Source: an archaeon
GTDB taxonomy: Archaea; Nanobdellota; Nanobdellia; SCGC-AAA011-G17; VGLX01
Assembly (NCBI GenBank): GCA_043810595.1
Contig: JBDRNX010000037.1
Location: forward strand, 1 to 50,842
DNA length: 50,842 nucleotides
Reading direction: 5' to 3'
The position numbers and the translations under genes were made by a program. Below the pieces are notes generated by a model, which did no database searches, was not told where the DNA came from, and saw only the letters and a list, made by a program, of their open reading frames with translations. Position 1 is the first letter of the stretch. Each line of letters opens with the position of its first letter. Of this stretch, positions 43,036 to 50,842 are shown one piece after another.

Positions 43036-43915
43036 TTGTCTTACCTTCTTTCTTTTGCATATACCACAGTATTACTCTCGCGTTTAGTAGGTATGTCATG
43101 AACACGTCAATTATTAGCCCTATTATCAGTACCAGGAACATCTCTTTTAGGATTAGTGATGAAGTTACTAGGTATCCTACCGATAAAGCTGCCAGTCCTG
43201 CTGCTGTCATCGTTAGTCCTGTTGCTGCTGAGCTGAATATTCTTTCCATTATTGTCCCTTCTCTTCTTTTGAACATTTTTGTTGTTAGGAGTATGTCTGT
43301 ATCCACCGAATAGCCTATTAGTAATAGTATTGCTGATATACCCGCGGTTGACATCCTCAGTCCTATGAGATTTATTACTGCTACCGTGCAGAGCATGTCT
43401 GCTGCCGCGGAGAGTATTACTGCTGCTGAGGGTATTACGCTTCTGAATATCACTATTACGACTATTGACATCAGTATGAAAGCAAATAGTAGTGCTATTA
43501 GCATCTGCTTGTAGAATGACTGCCCCAGGCTTGATTGTGTTTGTTGGAATGAGTAGTTTTCGCTTGTTAACTCTATGTTAAGTTTGTTTTTGAGTATGTC
43601 TTCAAGTTCTTGTCTTGTGAGTTCTTGTGATTCTATGACCACTCCTTGCTGTTGGTCTGTCCCGAAGAATGTTAGTTTTCTTATTATGATATCTTTGTTT
43701 GTGTTTTCCTTGATTGTCGTTTCTATCGTGTTTATGTCTATTTGTGTGTACAGAGTTGCTGTCAGACCACCGCTTAAAGTAACATCTTTTTGGAATATGT
43801 TCCCTGTTTTAGAATACTCCGTGCCTACTATTATTATGGCTGCTACTATCATCAGTATAGGTATTATTATGAGTTTCTTTTCTTGTTTTTCGTAAAATTT
43901 CTTTAGCCAGTTCAT
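43028..43915 (-). CDS. secF: SecF
   Basis: 295 aa with a 6-TM SecF layout. Overlaps the secD start and the ndk stop. Confidence 0.8.
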   Translation of the reverse strand: MNWLKKFYEKQEKKLIIIPILMIVAAIIIVGTEYSKTGNIFQKDVTLSGGLTATLYTQIDINTIETTIKENTNKDIIIRKLTFFGTDQQQGVVIESQELTRQELEDILKNKLNIELTSENYSFQQTQSSLGQSFYKQMLIALLFAFILMSIVVIVIFRSVIPSAAVILSAAADMLCTVAVINLIGLRMSTAGISAILLLIGYSVDTDILLTTKMFKRREGTIMERIFSSAATGLTMTAAGLAALSVGYLVTSSLILKEMFLVLIIGLIIDVFMTYLLNARVILWYMQKKEGKTNA

Positions 43916-44403
43916 CTTACATGTTTTTCGTGGACGTTTTGGTAGCTGTGTAGTTCATTTTCCTTGAACCAAAGCTTTATTTCTTTCTCAGCATCATCTG
44001 GGTTTGCTGACGCATGTATTGTGTTCTTTATTGCCATGTTTTTTGAGTCGCAGTATGCGTAGCTTACTGGTGAGAAATCGCCTCTTATTGTTCCTGGTTG
44101 TGCTGACCTCGGTTCTGTTACGCCGCATATCATTCTCGTGTTTTCTATTGCTTCCACGCCTTCGAGGACCATTGCTATTACAGGTCCTGAGGTTACGTAA
44201 TCTACCAGGTAGTCCCTTACTTTTTCTCCTCTTCTTTTTACCAGGTCTTCTCCGTAGTGTTCGGCGGCCATTTTTTTGTCAATCCAGACCATCTTCATCC
44301 CTATCGATTTCAACCCTTTTCTCTCGAGTCTGTGTATTATCTCTCCAGTTAGTCCTCTTTCTACGCCGTCTGGTTTTATCAGCACTAATGTTCTTTGTAT
44401 CAT
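43912..44403 (-). CDS. ndk: nucleoside diphosphate kinase
   Basis: RTLVLIKPDGVERGL.GEII.R.E.KG, plus GTIRGDF and IHASANPDDAEKEIKLWF. Confidence 0.88.
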   Translation of the reverse strand: MIQRTLVLIKPDGVERGLTGEIIHRLERKGLKSIGMKMVWIDKKMAAEHYGEDLVKRRGEKVRDYLVDYVTSGPVIAMVLEGVEAIENTRMICGVTEPRSAQPGTIRGDFSPVSYAYCDSKNMAIKNTIHASANPDDAEKEIKLWFKENELHSYQNVHEKHVR

Positions 44404-44443
44404 AAAAGAAAAAAAGAAATAGAAGGTTATTTAAATTTATCTG

Positions 44444-45178
44444 TTAAGTTTTTGCTATCATGTGTCTTAGGGCTTCTTCTTCATGTGCCATTGCTTTTGC
44501 AACCTCTATTGTCTCAACTTGTTTTAAGGATTCGTAAGGCATTTTTTTGTATCTAGAGAGTTCCTCCTCTATTTTTCTTCTTATGTTGCTTCCCTTCATA
44601 CTTTCAATGGCTTTCCCTATTTCCCTTACTCTTTCTGTGAATTTTTCGTCTTCGTATCTCATGGAGAATTTTTTTGTTAACGCATTATAGATCCTTCTTT
44701 TTGAATCTAATTTTTGTCTTTCTTTATCACTTAGTGTATCATCGTTCTTGAGGAGGTTTATTACAACGTTGTAAAGAATTTTGCTTATTCCTGTTGGCGT
44801 TTTCCTTTTGCTTTCTAAGGTTCTGTTTATTCCTTTTAAAATATTTGAGAGGTACCTTACTTCTATGAAGTAATCTGCTGATCTGTTTCCTTGTAGGTAT
44901 CTTTTGCCTTGTATTTTTTTTAATTTGTATGCTGTAAGGGTTACTGCAAGGCCCTCAATCTGAAATCTCAGATTGTTGTTAGTTGTAAGTCCTGACTTGT
45001 TTTCCATAAGTTTTTCTAACCTGTATAGATTCTCACCTATAAGGTCACCTACTTTGAGTGGGGTCTGTGTGAGTCTTTCTAGTAAGCTCGAACGTTCTGG
45101 CATAACCTTAAATTCTACTAACTCATCATCTTCTTCAAATTCTTCCTCGTTTGGAGAATTTTCTTGACATAATTCCAT
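44444..45178 (-). CDS. hypothetical helical protein
   Basis: 244-aa ORF lying between rpl24e and ndk. No recognised motif. Confidence 0.5.
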   Translation of the reverse strand: MELCQENSPNEEEFEEDDELVEFKVMPERSSLLERLTQTPLKVGDLIGENLYRLEKLMENKSGLTTNNNLRFQIEGLAVTLTAYKLKKIQGKRYLQGNRSADYFIEVRYLSNILKGINRTLESKRKTPTGISKILYNVVINLLKNDDTLSDKERQKLDSKRRIYNALTKKFSMRYEDEKFTERVREIGKAIESMKGSNIRRKIEEELSRYKKMPYESLKQVETIEVAKAMAHEEEALRHMIAKT

Positions 45179-45266
45179 CTTTTCCTCCCATTTTCCCGAT
45201 CTCTTTTTTTAGAAACATCCCTAGTGGCTAATTTTAGTTTGTAGAACTTGTATTTAAGTTTTTTCT

Positions 45267-45446
45267 TTATTTGCCGCCTTTCACGTAGTGTTTTGTCCAC
45301 TTGAGCTGTCTTGCTTTCCGTCTTAGTTTTAGCATGTTTTTTTCGCATTTGTTTGAGCAGAAGTATGCTATCTTGCCTGTCTTAAATACAAACATCTTGC
45401 CAGTTCCTTTTTCTATTCTCTCTCCGCAGAATGTGCAGTTTGGCAT
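45267..45446 (-). CDS. rpl24e: 50S ribosomal protein L24e (59 aa, below the track cutoff)
   Basis: Hand-translated as [59 protein letters not shown], the classic L24e zinc-ribbon layout. Confidence 0.9.
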   Translation of the reverse strand: MPNCTFCGERIEKGTGKMFVFKTGKIAYFCSNKCEKNMLKLRRKARQLKWTKHYVKGGK

Positions 45447-45447
45447 A

Positions 45448-45756
45448 TTACTTTCTTCCCGGCATCATTTTTCTCGCTTCTATTTCAGTTTCTCTAAGCA
45501 TGAGTATGTCTTTCTCCTTTACCGGTCCTTTGACGTTTCTTGTTATTATCTTTCCGCTGTCCCTTCCTGCCATGATTTTGCATCTCACTTGTGTTATTTC
45601 TCCTCTCATTCCTGTTCTTCCTACTATTTCTTCCACTACAGCTGGCATGGCTTCTGAGAATACTGCCTTTTCCGATTTAGCTGCTTCTTGTTTCGGTCTG
45701 TCTCTTTTCTGCAGCTTCTGTTTCTGTTCTTCTGACTGTTGTTTGTCTTCACTCAT
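45448..45756 (-). CDS. rps28e: 30S ribosomal protein S28e (the N-terminal extension may be an artefact; alternative start 45648)
   Basis: The core [58 protein letters not shown] is S28e. The first 36 residues are a Lys/Glu/Gln-rich tract. Confidence 0.88.
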   Translation of the reverse strand: MSEDKQQSEEQKQKLQKRDRPKQEAAKSEKAVFSEAMPAVVEEIVGRTGMRGEITQVRCKIMAGRDSGKIITRNVKGPVKEKDILMLRETEIEARKMMPGRK

Positions 45757-46090
45757 CTTTTGCTTTTTCCATTATATCTCTTAGTATCTTTTTTCCTTCG
45801 CCCTCTTCCACTACTGCCACAGCTACTGTCGGCACGGGTAGTCCAGCTGCTGTTCCGAGCTCTTCTCTCTTCGGTACAGAAATCAGTTTTATGCCCTTTT
45901 CCCTGCACAGAGGTCCTAGGTGCATTACTATCTCAGGCGGATTAACGTCTTTTGCGACTAAAACTATCTTGGCTGTTCCTCTTTCTACAGCCTTTGTAAC
46001 CTCGTTAACGCCCTTTTTCAGCTTTCCGCTTGTCTTTGCCATCTCGACAAGCTCGAGGGCTTTTTCAACAATCTCCTTTGAAACTTCCAT
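45749..46090 (-). CDS. rpl7ae: 50S ribosomal protein L7Ae
   Basis: [48 protein letters not shown] is the L7Ae kink-turn-binding core. Confidence 0.93.
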   Translation of the reverse strand: MEVSKEIVEKALELVEMAKTSGKLKKGVNEVTKAVERGTAKIVLVAKDVNPPEIVMHLGPLCREKGIKLISVPKREELGTAAGLPVPTVAVAVVEEGEGKKILRDIMEKAKDE

Positions 46091-46168
46091 TTTAAAACCT
46101 CCTTGGTAATCATTGGTTTTGTATGGGATATTGAGAAAAGTGGGCTTTTTAAAGCTTTTGTTTACCCT

Positions 46169-47803
46169 TTATTTATGTGTGTACCAGAACTTCAGCTTGT
46201 TTTTTTCTTTTTTGTCAAGTCTGCAGAAGGCAAATCTTTCGAACTGTACTACTTCTCCTACTTTTAATTTTTTCAGTTCTTTTTCTCCGAGTCCCTTTTT
46301 TGTTTCCTTGTTCGGCATTAGTATTTCCAAGTTTACAAGTCCTTTTTCTGCTGGTAACCAGTGTATTATTGTTGCATGCAGTTCGGGATCGTGTTCTCTT
46401 GATAGGAATTTCCCATCCTTGAAGTTGAATAGGTGCATAAGTCTGTACACCTTCCCACTTTCTATCTTGTCTTGTACATAGAATTTTTTTCCTGTTTTGA
46501 ACTTCCTGAATCCTCTTTTTTTGTCATCTGGGTGTAATTCTATTTTTGTGTCCATTTTAGGTACATCTTTGATTTCTATCTGTTTTGGGTTTTCTATGAA
46601 GAAGTATCTGTTTGCTTTTTTGTCAAGGTCTCTCCTGTTGAAAACTTCGAGGTCTTCCCAGGTGTGTGTGGCTTCTGTTTTTGTTATTCCTGTTGATAGA
46701 ACAAATTCCCTTATTGCTTCTGGTAGGAACCCTCTTCTTTTTAGCGCTGCTATCGTTGTAAGGCTGGGATCGTCCCATCCTGTGAGTTCTTTTTTTTCTA
46801 TCATCTCCCTTATTATCCTTCCTGAGCTCGGCACTCCTTCCATGTTGAATCTTGCATACTCGTAGATTTCTGTTTCTTTAAAGCCGAGGCTTTTCTGTAT
46901 CCATCTTTGCAGTTCGTTCCTCATCTCGAATTCTTTGCTTCTAAGCCTATAAGTTATTCCTTCTATGCCGTCCATTATGGATGTTTGGAAGTCGTATGTT
47001 GGCCATACCACGTATTTTTTTCCGTGCATGGCGTGTTTTTCTTTTATTATCCTCATTATCGTTGGGTCTCTCATGGTTGTGTTTTTGTGTTGCATGCCTA
47101 TTTTTAGTCTTAGGTTTGTTTCTCCTTCTTTTTTCTTCGGCATCTCTTTCCATTCTTTCATGTTTTGTTCTGTAGTTTTGTTTCTGCATTCGCAGCTTAT
47201 TCCTTTGAAGCGCATTTTTCTTATCTTTTCGCTTTCGCAGTTGCACATGTATGCCTTGCCTTCTTTGATCAGTTTTTCTGAGTTTTTGTGGAAGTCTTGC
47301 ATATGTTTTGAAGAGTAATCGATTAAGTCTGATTTCACACCTAACCACTTGTATGCCTCCCGGTGTGCTTGGTAGAGTTCTTTCTTGACTAGTTTGGGGT
47401 TGGTGTCCTCAAATCTTAGGATGAATTTTCCCTTGTGTTTCTTTGCCAGTTCGTAATTCAAGAATAATGATTTTGCATGCCCTATGTGGGGGTATTTGCT
47501 CGGTTCTGGGGGGAATGCTGTAACCACCTTTCCCTTTACTTCTAAAAATTCGAATATGTCTTTTTCCTTTTTCTCTTTTTTCTCTTCTAAAAGCTCTGGG
47601 GCTATTTCCTCCAGTTTTTTCTTCTGTTCTTCGAGGTTCATAGAATTTACTTTTTTTACTATCTCGGCTACTTTTTTTGCTATCTCTGGCCCCTTGCTGT
47701 CTGGCTTTTCTGCAAATACCTTGCCCACTACCGCTCCTGTATTTGCTTTGCCCTCAAATTTTATCGCGTTCTGTAACGCATATTTCAGTATCAGCTCATC
47801 CAT
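46169..47803 (-). CDS. gltX: glutamyl-tRNA synthetase, archaeal/eukaryotic type
   Basis: FPPEPSKYPHIGHAKSLFLNYELAKKHKGKFILRFEDTNP carries the HIGH motif in the GluRS/GlnRS context. 544 aa. Confidence 0.88.
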   Translation of the reverse strand: MDELILKYALQNAIKFEGKANTGAVVGKVFAEKPDSKGPEIAKKVAEIVKKVNSMNLEEQKKKLEEIAPELLEEKKEKKEKDIFEFLEVKGKVVTAFPPEPSKYPHIGHAKSLFLNYELAKKHKGKFILRFEDTNPKLVKKELYQAHREAYKWLGVKSDLIDYSSKHMQDFHKNSEKLIKEGKAYMCNCESEKIRKMRFKGISCECRNKTTEQNMKEWKEMPKKKEGETNLRLKIGMQHKNTTMRDPTIMRIIKEKHAMHGKKYVVWPTYDFQTSIMDGIEGITYRLRSKEFEMRNELQRWIQKSLGFKETEIYEYARFNMEGVPSSGRIIREMIEKKELTGWDDPSLTTIAALKRRGFLPEAIREFVLSTGITKTEATHTWEDLEVFNRRDLDKKANRYFFIENPKQIEIKDVPKMDTKIELHPDDKKRGFRKFKTGKKFYVQDKIESGKVYRLMHLFNFKDGKFLSREHDPELHATIIHWLPAEKGLVNLEILMPNKETKKGLGEKELKKLKVGEVVQFERFAFCRLDKKEKNKLKFWYTHK

Positions 47804-47902
47804 GTTATGATTAGTTCTCGTTTTGTTTATTTAAACTTTTCTTGCTATGAAAAGGTTTATAAACGGCTTTTTAATGGTTTTTTGCATTGTCAAGGGGGTT
47901 TT

Positions 47903-48865
47903 ATGGGTGTTTTATCTAAGCTTGGTAGATTGTATAAGAAGTATTGGATTGTTCCTACTACTGTGTTGGGTCTCGAGGCTGCAGTTGCTTCATATTCGCT
48001 TCACAAGGCTGTTAGGCAAGAAAGGCCTTTTGTTGACATTTTTCTTGGTTATAACAAGTATTATTTTGATAATATAGAGTCTTTTATGTCTGTGCCTTTG
48101 GCTCTTTACTGTGAGAAATCTCATTTGAGGAGTTTCCGTGAAAATAAAAATAGTCTGAGTTTTGAGGAGTTGGTTGCTACTGTTAATCACCCTCAAACCC
48201 TGAAAGCTTTGGAAGATTTGATCGTCAAGGACAGGGCCGATGTTTTTACTGAGATTCCTTTCCAGATATGGTTGGAGCGGGATAAAGATAAAAAGCCTTT
48301 TCTGATTTTTTATGATAGGTCCGATACTTTGAATAGCAGGAATGCCAAGTTGCTTGTTAAGTACAGGGATAATCCTAGTTTTGTTCTGGATTTTGTTAAG
48401 AGCAACGAAAAGTATTATAAGATGGTTACTAAAATTCCTGATGAGTTGTTCAATAAGAACATTAAGTTGTTAGAAGACATCAGCAAGCTTGAAAGGGATG
48501 AAGTTGATAACAAAGAGCTTGAAAGTCTTAGGAAAAGGATGGTCGGGAGGGACTCGAAGATTATAAAGAGGAACATAGCAAGTATAATGGCCTATTTATA
48601 TCTCTGGAACACAGATGATGTCTCTATAGATGACACTAAAGCACTTAAGGACTTTTACTGGAATAACTTTTTAAAGTTCAGGGGTGTTTATATTGGTGAG
48701 GGTCATATACATCAGATCGGTTTGGACGGTCCTGAACCTTCGCCTAATGACTTGGAGGCAAGTAAGCATCTGAGGCAGATAATCTTTGCAGAGACGCCGA
48801 GCGGTATGAGGGTTTATGACGTTTCAAAAGGTCAGATTAGGTCAGCAGATTTTGAAATAAAATGA
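47903..48865 (+). CDS. hypothetical protein with a C-terminal JAMM-like HxH...SxxD motif
   Basis: ATG at 47903 after AAGGGGG, with TATA-like GGTTTATAAA at about 47850. GHIHQIGLDGPEPSPND lies at 48701-48751. The track start at 47807 abuts the gltX start and is unlikely. Confidence 0.5.
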   Translation: MGVLSKLGRLYKKYWIVPTTVLGLEAAVASYSLHKAVRQERPFVDIFLGYNKYYFDNIESFMSVPLALYCEKSHLRSFRENKNSLSFEELVATVNHPQTLKALEDLIVKDRADVFTEIPFQIWLERDKDKKPFLIFYDRSDTLNSRNAKLLVKYRDNPSFVLDFVKSNEKYYKMVTKIPDELFNKNIKLLEDISKLERDEVDNKELESLRKRMVGRDSKIIKRNIASIMAYLYLWNTDDVSIDDTKALKDFYWNNFLKFRGVYIGEGHIHQIGLDGPEPSPNDLEASKHLRQIIFAETPSGMRVYDVSKGQIRSADFEIK

Positions 48866-49314
48866 AAGCAAAGGTTTTGAATAAGAAAGAGGTTAAGCGT
48901 ATAATTAATTCTTTGGATGAGCAGTATTCAATTAGTAGTCTCAAGTTGGATTACATTTTTATTTTAGGTTCTGATGATAAGCTTTATCTGATCGATAAGA
49001 AGTTTGCTGAACTTAACTTAATTGATTTAAGGGTTAATTCCCTTGGATTGTATTTTGGTAAGCTTGAAGACGGTAAGGTTAGGCTCAGCATAGAGGGCTC
49101 TCAGATTGTGGGTCCTCTAGCTAGAAAGAATATTATTACTTTGTCAAAAAACCAGATTTCTGATTGGGTTAGGGGTAGCAACGTTGATGTTAACACAGAT
49201 TGTAAGGGTTTTGTTTTGGTTAAGCACGGTGATGATTTCTTTGGTTCTGGTAAGTGCAGCAAAGGAGTCCTGTTTAACTATGTGCCCAAAAACAGGCGTA
49301 TTAGGGCTTCCTAA
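48862..49314 (+). CDS. NIP7-like pre-PUA/PUA domain protein
   Basis: GLYFGKLEDGKVRLSIEGSQIVG ... GFVLVKHGDDFFGSGKCSKG...NYVPKNRR resembles archaeal NIP7 homologues (COG1374). Confidence 0.55.
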   Translation: MKAKVLNKKEVKRIINSLDEQYSISSLKLDYIFILGSDDKLYLIDKKFAELNLIDLRVNSLGLYFGKLEDGKVRLSIEGSQIVGPLARKNIITLSKNQISDWVRGSNVDVNTDCKGFVLVKHGDDFFGSGKCSKGVLFNYVPKNRRIRAS

Positions 49315-49322
49315 CCCTTTAA

Positions 49323-49341
49323 AACCAAAAAGTATATAAAT
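49323..49341 (+). promoter_or_regulatory. archaeal BRE/TATA-like promoter of the SLT/LysM gene
   Basis: AACCAAAAAGTATATAAAT lies about 55 nt upstream of ATG 49397. It is identical over 19 nt to 4733-4751. Confidence 0.5.
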
Positions 49342-49396
49342 AATTATTACCTCTAAAATCCACTTTTAAACCTGTTGTTGTCATTTTCAGGGGGCG

Positions 49397-50428
49397 ATGA
49401 AACGAAGTGGTTCTAATGGGTGTTCGTCATATTGGCGTAACGAATCTGTAAGTGATTTAGATAAACCGCAAACCCTCAGTCTTTGGAAGAGGTATACTAT
49501 CCTCATCCCCATTTTTTTAAACACCGCCTTATTTCCTTCTACCACACATCTATCTGATGCAAAAGTCTCTGAAGTATCTAATAGTTATAATAATGTTGAA
49601 ACTTCCCGTAATTACCCTAGGGATATGCCTCCCATTAAGAAAGCTGAGAGAAAACCTACTTTGGAAGATAAGATTAAAACTGTTATAAGCGTAAAAAATC
49701 CGATGAATGTTATGCCTTACGTAAATAATAAGGTTGAAGAGTTTGTAAACTCCGAAATGTGGAGGAAGGACTTGGAGTTGGCCCTTTCTAATTTGTCTGC
49801 TTTTGAAGATTACATACTGGAAGCCAGTAAGGAGACTGAGTTGGGAGTTAATTTTATTAAGGCATATCTGGCTCTGGAATCGCTGGGCAATCATGACGCT
49901 GTTTCTAAGAAGGGGGCTACAGGTCTTGGTGGCCTGATGGAATCTGCAGCGAAAGAGGTTGGGCTTAAAAAAACAAGGCATATCGATGAGCGTTTTGATC
50001 CAAAGTCTATAATCGGTTCTGCTAGGTATATGAGGAAGTATATAGACTATTTCGATGATGTTATACTTGGTTTAGTTGCTTATAATTGGGGTCCGACTCG
50101 TGTTTATGATAACCTGGATAGTATTAAGAAGTGTGATGATTTGATAAAGAATAGGAACATATCCTTGGAATCAAGGTATTATGTTGTTCATGTTCTTGCT
50201 CGGTTGAAGATTTTTTCGGATCATGATAGCTACAATTTGAATTTCGAACGAAAACCTCTCTTTTCCAGTATGACTAATCATGAGCATATAACTGATAAAG
50301 ATATTTCGATTAAACATCTTGCTAAGATTCACAAAGTCGGTGAGGAGGCCTTGAAGAGGATTAACCCTTCTTTAATAGCTGAAATTATTCCAAAGGGGAC
50401 TGTTGTTAAGATTCCTCATAAGACTTGA
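49397..50428 (+). CDS. lytic transglycosylase (SLT domain) with a C-terminal LysM domain
   Basis: LALESLGNHDAVSKKGATGLGGLMESAAKEVGL ... AYNWGP are the SLT catalytic Glu and signature blocks. The C-terminus ISIKHLAKIHKVGEEALKRINPS...GTVVKIP is LysM-like. Confidence 0.7.
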   Translation: MKRSGSNGCSSYWRNESVSDLDKPQTLSLWKRYTILIPIFLNTALFPSTTHLSDAKVSEVSNSYNNVETSRNYPRDMPPIKKAERKPTLEDKIKTVISVKNPMNVMPYVNNKVEEFVNSEMWRKDLELALSNLSAFEDYILEASKETELGVNFIKAYLALESLGNHDAVSKKGATGLGGLMESAAKEVGLKKTRHIDERFDPKSIIGSARYMRKYIDYFDDVILGLVAYNWGPTRVYDNLDSIKKCDDLIKNRNISLESRYYVVHVLARLKIFSDHDSYNLNFERKPLFSSMTNHEHITDKDISIKHLAKIHKVGEEALKRINPSLIAEIIPKGTVVKIPHKT

Positions 50429-50842
50429 TAGGTGCATATTTTTCTTATGACGCATTTGTTGCATTCTGGTTTGTTTTTGCAGTAATTCTTTCCTAGCTCT
50501 ACAAGCAGCGCATGGTATTCTTTGTATATTTTAGTGTCTTTTGGGAGGTTTTTTGTGAATAGTTTTTGCAACTCTTGGTATGTTTTTTCTTTGTATCCTA
50601 ATCTTTGGAATATTCTTTTTGTGTAAGCATCTATAACAAAGTACGGTTTGTTGTAGGCGTAGAGAAGTATGGAGTCTGCTGTTTCTTCTCCTACCCCCCA
50701 TATTTTGAGTAGGTTTTCTCTTGTTGTTTCTCCTTTGTATTTTGCAAATTCCTTTAGCTTTCTTGTTTTTTGGTTGTAATAACCTGAACTTTTTATGTAT
50801 TGTGATAGTTTATTGTTATCTATTTTTATTATCGCCTCTCTT
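50416..50842 (-). CDS. endonuclease III-related HhH-GPD protein, 5' end outside window
   Basis: Hand-translated reverse strand: ...IWGVGEETADSILLYAYNKPYFVIDAYTKRIFQRLG...EYHALLVELGKNYCKNKPECNKCVIRKICTYQVL*. This gives an HhH plus a Cys cluster. It overlaps the converging gene by 13 nt. Confidence 0.65.
   Translation of the reverse strand, partial: REAIIKIDNNKLSQYIKSSGYYNQKTRKLKEFAKYKGETTRENLLKIWGVGEETADSILLYAYNKPYFVIDAYTKRIFQRLGYKEKTYQELQKLFTKNLPKDTKIYKEYHALLVELGKNYCKNKPECNKCVIRKICTYQVL

Noticed and set aside
1-50842. CRISPR arrays, rRNA genes, transposase/IS elements, and toxin-antitoxin or known defence systems.
   Set aside because: I saw no regularly spaced direct repeats beyond 2-copy tandems, no rRNA-like conserved blocks, no DDE or Tnp-like translations and no recognisable defence gene signatures. 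The AbrB and RHH genes in the integrated element have no adjacent toxin-like partner.

Overview
This window looks like an archaeal chromosome segment, probably from a small-genome, DPANN-like lineage (lineage is inference). Archaeal markers lie to the right of about 17 kb: L7Ae, S28e, L24e, Spt5, SecE, archaeal-type GluRS, FtsZ, intron-containing tRNAs and BRE/TATA-like promoters. The window has three parts.

(1) Positions 1-16.9 kb hold about 35 short genes, all on the + strand. They have strong Shine-Dalgarno sites, are often translationally coupled, and almost all encode exported, membrane or lipobox proteins. The recognisable domains are bacterial-envelope types: PEGA, a csgF-csgG-csgA-like curli (type VIII secretion) module, SPOR, a GFTxIE-type pilin and a discoidin-like lipoprotein.

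(2) Positions 17-24.5 kb hold DNA-repair-flavoured genes: DUF763, a frameshifted LAGLIDADG gene, a SplB-like radical SAM, PolX and endonuclease V. tRNA-Gly(CCC) follows, then a roughly 7.7 kb integrase-bearing integrated element bounded by an 11-bp direct repeat of the tRNA 3' end.

(3) Positions 32.4-50.8 kb hold housekeeping genes plus an SLT+LysM lytic transglycosylase.

The most interesting signal is the curli-like amyloid secretion module and its surrounding envelope cluster in an archaeal context. Supporting details are core-sharing inverted repeats bracketing the two curlin-motif genes, and a 19-nt BRE/TATA-like element shared with the transglycosylase gene. All homology calls come from reading the translations and from remembered family signatures. 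No searches were run.
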